In this document: positions 18,143 through 26,335 of the stretch, one piece after another
Position numbering within the stretch: position 1 is the stretch's first letter
Layout: every line of letters begins with the position of its first letter
From: an uncultured archaeon
Lineage (GTDB): Archaea > Asgardarchaeota > Heimdallarchaeia > Heimdallarchaeales > Heimdallarchaeaceae
Assembly (NCBI GenBank): GCA_964534625.1
Contig: CAZHRF010000034.1
Location: 1-35,423 of the forward strand
DNA length: 35,423 nt
Direction: 5' to 3'
Program-made: the position numbers and the translations under genes
Notes under the pieces: model-generated
Databases searched by the model: none
Told to the model about the DNA's origin: nothing
What the model saw: the letters and a program-made list of their open reading frames with translations, nothing else

Positions 18143-18577
18143 TTACGATATAGAGCGAACAACTCGATCTATTTCTTTTAAACGCTGAAGAACTTCGTTG
18201 TAACTTGATTTAATCTGGTTCATTTGTTTTTCCACTTCGGATTTTTTTGTTCTTATTCTTTCCATAGCATTAGAGATAGGTTGTTCCACATGTACTCCAG
18301 CCCCAATAAAACCAACAACGGTATCCGTTTTTTTTACTATTGCGCGAACAAAGTTTCCTCCACCAATTGGAACCAACAAATTATGATTTTCTTTACATTT
18401 TTTGAGTTCTTCCAAGGTATTTTCAGCTTCGTGAAGGTCGTGTTTAAAATCATTTAGAACTTCCATTTGTCTTTTATAATAAGAAGCCTCTTGTTCTAAC
18501 TGTTTTGATGCATAAATTAGATTGTTAAATTCATCCTGACTAATATTTCTTTGTGGATCTTGTGTCAATTTACTCAC
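18143..18577 (-). CDS. pfdA: prefoldin alpha subunit
   Basis: Coiled coil, LVPIGGGNFVRA...IGAGVHVEQ, coiled coil; sits between rplX and ftsY. Confidence 0.95.
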   Translation of the reverse strand: MSKLTQDPQRNISQDEFNNLIYASKQLEQEASYYKRQMEVLNDFKHDLHEAENTLEELKKCKENHNLLVPIGGGNFVRAIVKKTDTVVGFIGAGVHVEQPISNAMERIRTKKSEVEKQMNQIKSSYNEVLQRLKEIDRVVRSIS

Positions 18578-18843
18578 TTTTTAATTGGAAATTCTAGATT
18601 CTCTTCTGTTGTAAATGTTTTTATTACCATGTCATTTATTTCTTCAGCATCTTTAATCTCTTTTATGTTTTCTGGTTTAATTGTTATTAAACCTCGTTTT
18701 ACATGGTGTTTGCTACCTATCTCGGAAAGAACTTTTTCAATAGCATCCTCTATATTTATTGCTCGTATATATTTACCAAATTTGATTTTTCTTTTTCTTT
18801 TTTGGAATGTTCCTTTAATGTGGAAGACTTTTACCGTTTTCAC
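18574..18843 (-). CDS. rplX: 50S ribosomal protein LX (eL20/L18Ae)
   Basis: AIEKVLSEIGSKHHVKRGLITI motif and synteny. Confidence 0.93.
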   Translation of the reverse strand: MKTVKVFHIKGTFQKRKRKIKFGKYIRAINIEDAIEKVLSEIGSKHHVKRGLITIKPENIKEIKDAEEINDMVIKTFTTEENLEFPIKK

Positions 18844-18940
18844 TTAACTCACCTTTATTATACTTTTATTGCCTTTATGAAAAGACTTTTCATTTTTTTT
18901 TTGAATTTTTCGATTTAACATGAATTTTTCTGAAATATTT

Positions 18941-19615
18941 TTATATAGATAGTAAAATTTCAAAAACTCTCATCGATTCTGGTCCAGTTGTATCTGAACC
19001 TATGACTGTACCATAGGTGTTCCCGAGTAATCCCGTCTTTGGATATGGTACTCCTCTGTTTACTGTACATAGATCAATATTTACTTTAAAACGAGATTTA
19101 ATCTCACTAATTTCTTCTTCTGATAGGAGCGGATGAACAAGGCATCCTTTATTTGTACACAGAACCATTGTTCCAACTAATGGGGAACCGAGTAGTTCTC
19201 CTGTAATTATTTCAATATCTAATTGATCTTTTATTTCTGATTTTACCTCTTTTTCAAAGAGACTACTTATAATTGCTCCATTGTCATTGATGGCTATCAA
19301 ATTACCTAAAGCGGTATATTTTGTGTCTAATTCTATCATTTCTACATTTTCTGGTAAGAATTCTTTAATGATATTATATTCTTTTATAGAAATATTTGGA
19401 GGCACAAAAAGTGAACTCGAATTACCAGTTGCCATTGTACCAATTAGTACAGTATTGGCAATAGATGTTTGAAGGATTGGCACCTCTAGTGTTTTTTCAA
19501 TATTCTCTAATGTACTTTCTTTTACACCATGAGGGACAATAGTATATTTGTCAGTAGTTAAACCAAATAATCCTATACTTGAATTACCTAAAATATTTGC
19601 TTTAGACATATCCAT
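18941..19615 (-). CDS. eif6: translation initiation factor 6 (aIF6)
   Basis: TALGNLIAINDNGA, NKGCLVHP, TVNRG, GSDTTGPE. Confidence 0.97.
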   Translation of the reverse strand: MDMSKANILGNSSIGLFGLTTDKYTIVPHGVKESTLENIEKTLEVPILQTSIANTVLIGTMATGNSSSLFVPPNISIKEYNIIKEFLPENVEMIELDTKYTALGNLIAINDNGAIISSLFEKEVKSEIKDQLDIEIITGELLGSPLVGTMVLCTNKGCLVHPLLSEEEISEIKSRFKVNIDLCTVNRGVPYPKTGLLGNTYGTVIGSDTTGPESMRVFEILLSI

Positions 19616-19649
19616 GGTTTATCTACCTTAAAAATTGATAAAAGAAAAA

Positions 19650-20084
19650 TTAAGAGCTAGAACCTTCATTTGCTTCTACTGTGTCTGTTTCGGTATCAGC
19701 TGTAATATTCGGTTCTTCCTCTTCTTCTTCCTCTTCTTCTTCCTCTTCTTCAAGCTCACCAGGTACTTCAATACCTTTTAGTTCTGGTCTTGTCTCTATT
19801 TTAACTTTTTCGATTACTACATCAACTGTAGCGACTCTTACATCATCAAGTATTTCTACTAAAGCGGTCACATCAACCTTCCTAGGTGGATTTTCAATGC
19901 CTTTTTTCCACATGAATTCATTTAATTCTTGTGTTATAATTATATCTTCAGCTTTAGTATGTTTTTTCACAAACTCTTTCAAGAGTCTTATAGCTCTTGG
20001 AACGCGTTTGTACCTTGGAGAGGTATTTAACTTTGGGAAAAATGGAACTGTTAGTGCAATAGTTTCTCCAACATCTTCTGACAT
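19650..20084 (-). CDS. rpl31e: 50S ribosomal protein L31e with long acidic tail
   Basis: PRYKRVPRAIRLLKEF...LNEFMWKKGIENPPRKV. Confidence 0.95.
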   Translation of the reverse strand: MSEDVGETIALTVPFFPKLNTSPRYKRVPRAIRLLKEFVKKHTKAEDIIITQELNEFMWKKGIENPPRKVDVTALVEILDDVRVATVDVVIEKVKIETRPELKGIEVPGELEEEEEEEEEEEEEPNITADTETDTVEANEGSSS

Positions 20085-20114
20085 GATTTATCACTTCATA
20101 ATTTTCAATTAATT

Positions 20115-20270
20115 TTATTTCTTGATTCTGGTTCTTCTCCAATGTCGCCTCTTTGGATGAGTACGAACTTTTCTACCCGTTTTCATTACAATCCAACTGG
20201 GTACTGGAGCATTAGATTTTAATTTTTTTGCATATCGTAGCTTTTTAGCTAAATGTCTATTTCTTGCCAT
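20115..20270 (-). CDS. rpl39e: 50S ribosomal protein L39e (51 aa, absent from the ORF track)
   Basis: Translated by hand: [51 protein letters not shown]; ATG overlaps the upstream TAA (TAATG). Confidence 0.97.
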   Translation of the reverse strand: MARNRHLAKKLRYAKKLKSNAPVPSWIVMKTGRKVRTHPKRRHWRRTRIKK

Positions 20271-20608
20271 TATAATCGCCTAATATCTATTTTAGTTTCA
20301 TTTTTTTGACCTTGAATGTTTCGGAGAATTTGTTTAAGCTGTTGATCATTTAACTTATTTTTAATAGCTCCTTGTTGGAACAATTGTATTAATTTTAATT
20401 CAACCGACTCTGCAATTTGTGGACGAACTAATTTTATATTTGACAGTCGTTGCTTTGCTTCAATACTCAATATTTTTCGAAGAATTGCTTGTTTTTGTGC
20501 TTCAATAGTATTTTCTCTTTCTTCTTGTACATTTTGATTTTGTAATTCTGCAAGTTTTTTTTGTCTTATCTTTTCAAGCTCATCTTTGTCCATATTATTG
20601 CACCCCAT
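20270..20608 (-). CDS. PDCD5/TFAR19-family DNA-binding protein
   Basis: [14 protein letters not shown]...[18 protein letters not shown]; canonical position after rps19e. Confidence 0.93.
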   Translation of the reverse strand: MGCNNMDKDELEKIRQKKLAELQNQNVQEERENTIEAQKQAILRKILSIEAKQRLSNIKLVRPQIAESVELKLIQLFQQGAIKNKLNDQQLKQILRNIQGQKNETKIDIRRL

Positions 20609-20641
20609 TCAATAGATTTTAATAAATAGGATATACTAGTA

Positions 20642-21124
20642 TTAGTCAGCAATATATTTTTCTAACTGTGGTATATCACGAGCAATTTCAGTTGCAATTT
20701 TGTCAACCAAAGATTGCCCTTCTTGACTAATAACACGCCCAACAACAACTTTAGCTTTTTTACGGCTTATTTCTTTCTTTTCAACGTAATTTGCTTTTTC
20801 TAATTGTTGCAATATTGTTCTAATTACAGCTCCACTTCCTTTTGCAAAATGTACTGGTTTGACACCTCGGCGCTTTTTTCCACCGTACATAACACGAAGT
20901 CTAGAAACTCCAATGGGCCCTCTTAGATAGATCTTTCTTAGAATTGAAGCTGTTCTTATATACCACCAATTTTCTTGAATTGGTGATAACTCTTTGTGAA
21001 CACCAGTTTTTGCATATTGGCTCCATTCAGGAGCTTGAATATCTGGATTTTCTTCAAATTTCTCTGCTATTTTTTTAATTAATATCTCTGCTGGAACATC
21101 ATAAACTGTTGGCATAAATCTCAC
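20642..21124 (-). CDS. rps19e: 30S ribosomal protein S19e (start probably MPTVYDV)
   Basis: PEWSQYAKTG, WWYIRTASILRK, GSGAVIRTILQQLE. Confidence 0.98.
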   Translation of the reverse strand: MRFMPTVYDVPAEILIKKIAEKFEENPDIQAPEWSQYAKTGVHKELSPIQENWWYIRTASILRKIYLRGPIGVSRLRVMYGGKKRRGVKPVHFAKGSGAVIRTILQQLEKANYVEKKEISRKKAKVVVGRVISQEGQSLVDKIATEIARDIPQLEKYIAD

Positions 21125-21361
21125 TCGTTAAATGATTTTTTGTTAGAGTAGAAAGCTTAAACTGCCCTTTACGAGCTTTAACAGCAAGACTGCGTTTAAA
21201 AAGATTGCTTTGATAGAGTTACAATATTGGATAAAGTTATTGGATAAAACAAACAAATTAACGGCGAATCATTTAAATAAATTACCAAGAATAACAGAGG
21301 AGATAATAATTGGACAAACTTGTAGCGTAATTGTTTTATTGTATTAAAAAACACCTTTTGT

Positions 21362-21556
21362 ATGCTTAAAATAACAGAGATTAGAAACAGACTAATTCCA
21401 TCTAACTTGAATGATATATTTTTGTTATTTGGTATTATTTTAATAGGATTTTCTATAATTGTCACAATTATTCAGAAACATATTATAGCTAGTATAATAC
21501 TAATTATATGTGACTTATTGCTCTTGATAATATACTTTGGACATATCCTAGATTGA
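21362..21556 (+). CDS. small hypothetical membrane protein (2 TM)
   Basis: 64 aa with two hydrophobic stretches; stop abuts the convergent GTPase gene. Confidence 0.45.
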   Translation: MLKITEIRNRLIPSNLNDIFLLFGIILIGFSIIVTIIQKHIIASIILIICDLLLLIIYFGHILD

Positions 21557-21558
21557 TT

Positions 21559-22137
21559 TTAACCAAAACGTTTTATGACATATTCTGCTAGGATTTTAAA
21601 GGCTTTATCAATATTCAGTCCTGTTTTAGCTGATGTTTCAAGATAGAAGTTTTTAATTTCGTTTTTTTCTGTTTTTTTATTTAATTCATTTACGAATTCT
21701 TCTGTTTCTTTCAAAGTTATTTTTTTCTGCGCTTGTAAATCATACTTGTTTGCCAATACAATTACTGGAATAACCCCTCGACCGTTATGTGCATAAAGAT
21801 CCTCTAACCACGGAGTTAGGTTAAAGAAAGTATCCCTTCTAGTTAAATCAAAAACAGCTAAGGCACCAAAACATCCACGAAAAAACTTTGGTCTCACATT
21901 CTTAAAATGAGATTGGCCTGCTAAGTCCCAAATTTGAAATTTAATGATATAATCACCAATGTGCTTTGTTGTAACAGCGAAATCTGCACCTAATGTGGTT
22001 AAATGTTCTTTTTGAAAACCTTCCCCTAAGTATCTTTTACGAATAGATGTTTTTCCAACAGCAGGATCACCGATTAAAGCGAGTTTGAACATAAATTGTT
22101 TTTTATTTTTCTCATTGGATATCTTAGAATCATTCAT
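21559..22137 (-). CDS. Rab-like small GTPase
   Basis: G1 GDPAVGKT, TLGADF, G3 WDLAGQ, G4 NKYD, G5 ETSAK; no C-terminal Cys. Confidence 0.93.
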   Translation of the reverse strand: MNDSKISNEKNKKQFMFKLALIGDPAVGKTSIRKRYLGEGFQKEHLTTLGADFAVTTKHIGDYIIKFQIWDLAGQSHFKNVRPKFFRGCFGALAVFDLTRRDTFFNLTPWLEDLYAHNGRGVIPVIVLANKYDLQAQKKITLKETEEFVNELNKKTEKNEIKNFYLETSAKTGLNIDKAFKILAEYVIKRFG

Positions 22138-22191
22138 CTCTTTTCATAATAAAATAGTAGTATTAGATTTATAAGTCTAGCATTATGATAT

Positions 22192-22905
22192 TTATTGATA
22201 TTCCATTTTATGAATTATTATGTGTTCTTTAGCCCCTTTGCTCACTTCTTTAGCTTCGTCTATCGACAAGTGATATTTTGTTCCTTCATTTTTCTTTGTT
22301 CCTTCAATAATCACCAAATCGGCATTATTAATTATAGTTTTAAGTTGTTTGAAATATCCCGTATCACCAGTATAAATTATTCGTTCATTATCTTTTTCAA
22401 GACAATAACCTACAACTGGTGTTGTCGTCAATTCATCTGTCCCATATACTGATCCTCGATGTTGAACAGGGAACGCAGAAATATTTGTATGATTAATTCT
22501 GTTGATATTTGAGATGTCTAGTTTGTTTATACTATAGGAGATAGTTCCTGTGTAGATCTCATAAAAAGTTTTTATGAACCCATTGAATTCCGTTATATTG
22601 TTTGGGATTAATATATTAAGACTATCCTTTCTATTTATCATGCGATAAAAACACAAAAGTGAAAATAAACCACCTATATGATCAAAATGACCATGTGATA
22701 TTAAAAGAGTCTTGATATTTTTATATACTTTATTAGGTAGGGCAAGTAAATCCCGGACTGTACCATCCCCAACATCAATCAGTATTAAATCATTTGTTCC
22801 TTTCACTTTGACAAGTATTTGCGTTGCTACACCAGCAGACGAATAAAGAATTTTAACTGCAAACGAATTACCTTCCCAATTCCAATTAATTATATCGTTT
22901 TCCAT
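22192..22905 (-). CDS. metallo-beta-lactamase fold hydrolase (RNase Z-like)
   Basis: LIDVGDG, SHGHFDHIGG, YTGDTG, IEGT, YHLS. Confidence 0.88.
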   Translation of the reverse strand: MENDIINWNWEGNSFAVKILYSSAGVATQILVKVKGTNDLILIDVGDGTVRDLLALPNKVYKNIKTLLISHGHFDHIGGLFSLLCFYRMINRKDSLNILIPNNITEFNGFIKTFYEIYTGTISYSINKLDISNINRINHTNISAFPVQHRGSVYGTDELTTTPVVGYCLEKDNERIIYTGDTGYFKQLKTIINNADLVIIEGTKKNEGTKYHLSIDEAKEVSKGAKEHIIIHKMEYQ

Positions 22906-22986
22906 ACGAAAATTTAGCGATACTTTACATATTTGTTTCGAAAGTGAAATATTTTTATCTGTTAATCTGAACTTTATATATATAAA

Positions 22987-23997
22987 ATGTCATCCTTAAA
23001 GAAAAAATTCGTTGATTTTATATTAAAAACAGCAAAAACAAAAGAAAAAAGAGAAAAAAAGTTACAAGCTGTTTTCTGGTATAAACTGGCATACTTGATA
23101 TTGAAACATGAACATGATTTATTACTTAAAATATCTGGTCTTCAAATAAAACTTAATAATCATAAAAAAGCAATAAAATACCTTGAGTTATATCTTAAAA
23201 AACACCCCGAATCTGTAAAAGCACTACTTCTGCTTGGAATTTCGAAAAGGGAATTAGGAAAAATCGAGGAAGCAATAGCAATTCACAAGCAATGTTTAGA
23301 AAAAAATGATAAAGTACCTTGGGTTACATATTCATTAGGCTTAGACTATGAGAAAGAAGATAATACAGATATGGCAATTAAATATTATGATGATACGTTA
23401 AGAATAGATAAATCATTTTCTAAAGCATATTTTAGATTAGGCTATATATACATGAAAGAAGAAAAATGGGACTTAGCAATTAACATATTTTTAGATGGTT
23501 TGTCACTAGATGAGCAAAATGCAATGGCTTGGGTTAATTTGGCTTTTTGCTACATGAAAGTGGAGAATTTTGAAGCTGGAGAGAAAGTGTTAAAAGAAGT
23601 GAAAAAGAGAAATATGGATACTGTAGAAATAAAGTTGGCTTTGGGAATTTGTTATATAAATAAAAAAATGTATGAAAAAGCATTAGACCTCACAAATTCA
23701 TTGAATAAAGAAAAAGAAGCTGACGTAATTATGACAATTAAATTAAAAATTGCAGAGAAAAAAGGTCAATATGAAAAAATAGAAGAATTATTGAGTAAAA
23801 ATAATGTGAAAAAGAATAATGAAGAATATTGGTATTATAAAGCAATTGTTGAAGCTAATACAAACAGAGAAGAAAACGCAGTTGAATCACTAAGAAAAGC
23901 TATAAAAATTGACGAGAAATTAAGAAAAGAAGCCAAAACAGATCCAAATTTTAAACGATTAAGAGAAATACCTGCATTCAAAATATTGGTATACTAG
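22987..23997 (+). CDS. tetratricopeptide repeat protein
   Basis: Repeated units such as AYFRLGYIY, AWVNLAFCY, YWYYKA; ends AKTDPNFKRLR. Confidence 0.9.
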   Translation: MSSLKKKFVDFILKTAKTKEKREKKLQAVFWYKLAYLILKHEHDLLLKISGLQIKLNNHKKAIKYLELYLKKHPESVKALLLLGISKRELGKIEEAIAIHKQCLEKNDKVPWVTYSLGLDYEKEDNTDMAIKYYDDTLRIDKSFSKAYFRLGYIYMKEEKWDLAINIFLDGLSLDEQNAMAWVNLAFCYMKVENFEAGEKVLKEVKKRNMDTVEIKLALGICYINKKMYEKALDLTNSLNKEKEADVIMTIKLKIAEKKGQYEKIEELLSKNNVKKNNEEYWYYKAIVEANTNREENAVESLRKAIKIDEKLRKEAKTDPNFKRLREIPAFKILVY

Positions 23998-24090
23998 AAG
24001 TCACAAATAAAAAACCAGTAAAATAGTGAAGATAGAAAAATTTTTTATAGAGGAAATATGAGAAAAACATAGTAAAATCAAATAAATAAT

Positions 24091-24178
24091 GCGGAGATAG
24101 CAAAGGGGTTTATGCAGCGGTCTGCAAAAGGCATGCAGCTAACCGCGGACATGCGTTCAAATCGCATTCTCCGCTCCA
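24091..24178 (+). tRNA. tRNA-Cys(GCA) with 13-nt intron (24128-24140) at 37/38, CCA encoded
   Basis: Acceptor GCGGAGA/TCTCCGC, U73, anticodon stem GCGGT/ACCGC, T arm ATGCG-TTCAAAT-CGCAT; CTGC/GCAG central BHB helix. Confidence 0.92.
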
Positions 24179-24264
24179 TTTTTTATTGTATCAATTTTGA
24201 GATACCAAAAAGTCTTTACCGACAATTATTTTTACTTGCTTTCTATTTCATCTTAGAGTTGATC

Positions 24265-25155
24265 ATGACATTTGTAGTATTCGTTGGTGGCTTGTTAGAA
24301 CACCAATCTGGAAAAACTAGTATTGCAAAGATTTTGTTTTCATATTTTCGCAATAATCATTCCGAGTCCGTTTTACCTTTTAAACCATTGAGTGGGAATA
24401 ATATATATTATCACTATGAAAAATTGAAAGAAACATATTCTAACTCTAAACACTTTATCTCATTAGATGTGTATAATCTTATATCAAATTATAATTTATC
24501 TTTACCTGCTCCGATATTGAACCCTGTAAACAGATTAAATACTGAAGCCATTCCCTATTACTTTCATGTAAATCATTCCTTAAAGTCATATTATCTTTAT
24601 TATTCTATGAGTTCCATACTTTTACAACGATTCTCCTTTCCAGTTAATCAAATTAAAAATAACTTTAAATCAATTTATTTAGTAAACCAGATTACTTTTA
24701 ATGATAAAAAATTCTATAATCCAAAAGAAATTATCTTACAAATATTAGATGCAGGATCAGAAGTGAAGTATTACTCATCAGAACATGACTATTATGCTTT
24801 AAATTCAAAATACTATGCAGATGCCACTAATTCTTCATTTGAGTATAGCAAGAAACATTCAGATATTATGCTTATAGAAAGCTTCAACAATTCAGCACAT
24901 CCAGCTTGGTGTGTTCGCGATTCTCACTTAATATTACTTACAGGACCCGGTTCTCTTTTTGTTTATGAACCAGATAAATATTTCAGAGCTATTGATAGTT
25001 ATAGATCTTTGAATCGAACTAAACCTACTACCACTGAAGAGATTGTGAAAATGGTCAAACCCGATTATACATACTCCTTGCCTTGTGATCCTGAAACAAA
25101 AAAATCAGATGTTGAGAAAATAATGAGTGAACTTTATCCGATATTCTCTAAATAA
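24265..25155 (+). CDS. archaeal P-loop ATPase/GTPase (COG4028-like); start moved from 24112, which lies in the tRNA
   Basis: VGGLLEHQSGKTS, PFKPLSGNN, LNPV, LIESFNNSAHP. Confidence 0.8.
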   Translation: MTFVVFVGGLLEHQSGKTSIAKILFSYFRNNHSESVLPFKPLSGNNIYYHYEKLKETYSNSKHFISLDVYNLISNYNLSLPAPILNPVNRLNTEAIPYYFHVNHSLKSYYLYYSMSSILLQRFSFPVNQIKNNFKSIYLVNQITFNDKKFYNPKEIILQILDAGSEVKYYSSEHDYYALNSKYYADATNSSFEYSKKHSDIMLIESFNNSAHPAWCVRDSHLILLTGPGSLFVYEPDKYFRAIDSYRSLNRTKPTTTEEIVKMVKPDYTYSLPCDPETKKSDVEKIMSELYPIFSK

Positions 25156-25250
25156 AATGATATTTTTCATTAGTCACTTTTTTATTTAACTATAATTGCC
25201 GTGAGCGAAAAAAATTGTTGTGTTTATAAGCAAATCTCATATAAGAAAGA

Positions 25251-25670
25251 GTGATAGTGGGTGTATTTATGTCAACATATAGTGAAGAACTTGATTTGGG
25301 TAATGTTCAAGAAGCTTTAGTGGATGCTATTAATAGTTTACGTTTTAAGTCTCCTGGTGTAATGGATGTGGCAATTGTATCAATAGAAGGGCTCCCTATT
25401 ACCTCATATATCCTCGATGATATAGAAGGTATTCGTTTTAGTGCAATGACTGCAGCTATGTTGTCATTGGGTGAAAGAGCTGCAAATGAACTGAAAAAAG
25501 GTGATCTTAAGAAAATACTAATTGAAGGAGAACATGGATATATATTAACAGTTAGTGCAGGTGATGATGCAGTGTTAACAGTTAGTACAAATAATCAAGT
25601 TAAACTAGGTCTATTGTTTTTAGAACTGAACAATATGTCTAAAAAAGTAAGTAAAATTTTGGCAATGTGA
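25251..25670 (+). CDS. roadblock/LC7 (MglB-like) domain protein
   Basis: AIVSIEGLPI...SAMTAAMLSLGERAANEL...IEGEHGYI...KLGLLF. Confidence 0.93.
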   Translation: MIVGVFMSTYSEELDLGNVQEALVDAINSLRFKSPGVMDVAIVSIEGLPITSYILDDIEGIRFSAMTAAMLSLGERAANELKKGDLKKILIEGEHGYILTVSAGDDAVLTVSTNNQVKLGLLFLELNNMSKKVSKILAM

Positions 25671-25682
25671 TTTTTATACTTT

Positions 25683-26279
25683 TTATTGCGAAGATTTCGC
25701 GATTAGTACTGCTCGTTTAAGAACTTTAAATAAATCGCGTGCATTATTGTTTATTGTTTCTTCATTCAGAAAAATTGATAGAACTTTTTTATAAAAGTCT
25801 GTTTTTTCCATCTTTTTAGATTTTAGCACATTTATTTTTTCATATGTATCATTTGTTCTTTCAATCCAACGATGAACTTCTTCATCTCTATCATTTAAGA
25901 ATAATATAAATGGGATTTTTGCTTTACCTCCAGTCAAATATTTTTCTTCAAAAATATTTAAGACATCATCACGAGGTACAATTATGAGTTGGATTAGATC
26001 GTTATATTCACTAAATTTTTTTAGTAATGGCAGAATATGAAAACTATCAGAACACCAATTTTCTGCAATAATTACTATTCTAATTGGTATATTTAGATCT
26101 TGAATAAATTCTATTTCTTTTTCTGTAAGTCTAACCTTAGAATAAACTTCTTGGAACCGGTTTTGATTTTTCTTTGTTCTATTTATAAAGTCATTATAAG
26201 CCAAACCTTTTTGTAATAATTTACTGATTGACATAAATAAAAAGAAGAGAAGTAGATAAAAAATTTTATTGTTCAACAA
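25683..26279 (-). CDS. thioredoxin-fold protein with single-Cys WCSDS motif (start probably MSISKLL)
   Basis: IAENWCSDS, YLTGGKAKIP, WIER motifs. Confidence 0.85.
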   Translation of the reverse strand: MLNNKIFYLLLFFLFMSISKLLQKGLAYNDFINRTKKNQNRFQEVYSKVRLTEKEIEFIQDLNIPIRIVIIAENWCSDSFHILPLLKKFSEYNDLIQLIIVPRDDVLNIFEEKYLTGGKAKIPFILFLNDRDEEVHRWIERTNDTYEKINVLKSKKMEKTDFYKKVLSIFLNEETINNNARDLFKVLKRAVLIAKSSQ

Positions 26280-26335
26280 TTATTTGGTCGTATAGAAAAA
26301 ATGTCTCAAATACATCTTTAAAGTAAGGTGGTTAA

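Noticed and set aside
14932-19750. (TCT/TCC)n tracts as tandem repeats or CRISPR
   Set aside because: They encode poly-Glu tails of L12, P0 and L31e; no repeat-spacer array seen anywhere in the window.
5005-20142. Many short overlapping ORFs (e.g. 6894-7316, 8412-8762, 14999-16194, 19681-20112, 19954-20142)
   Set aside because: They overlap confident genes and look like antisense or alternate-frame shadows.
24112-24264. N-terminal extension of the P-loop NTPase in the ORF track
   Set aside because: Overlaps tRNA-Cys; family-like sequence starts at ATG 24265.
25683-26279. Selenocysteine or readthrough in the thioredoxin-fold protein
   Set aside because: No in-frame TGA at the active site; WCxD is normal for this family.
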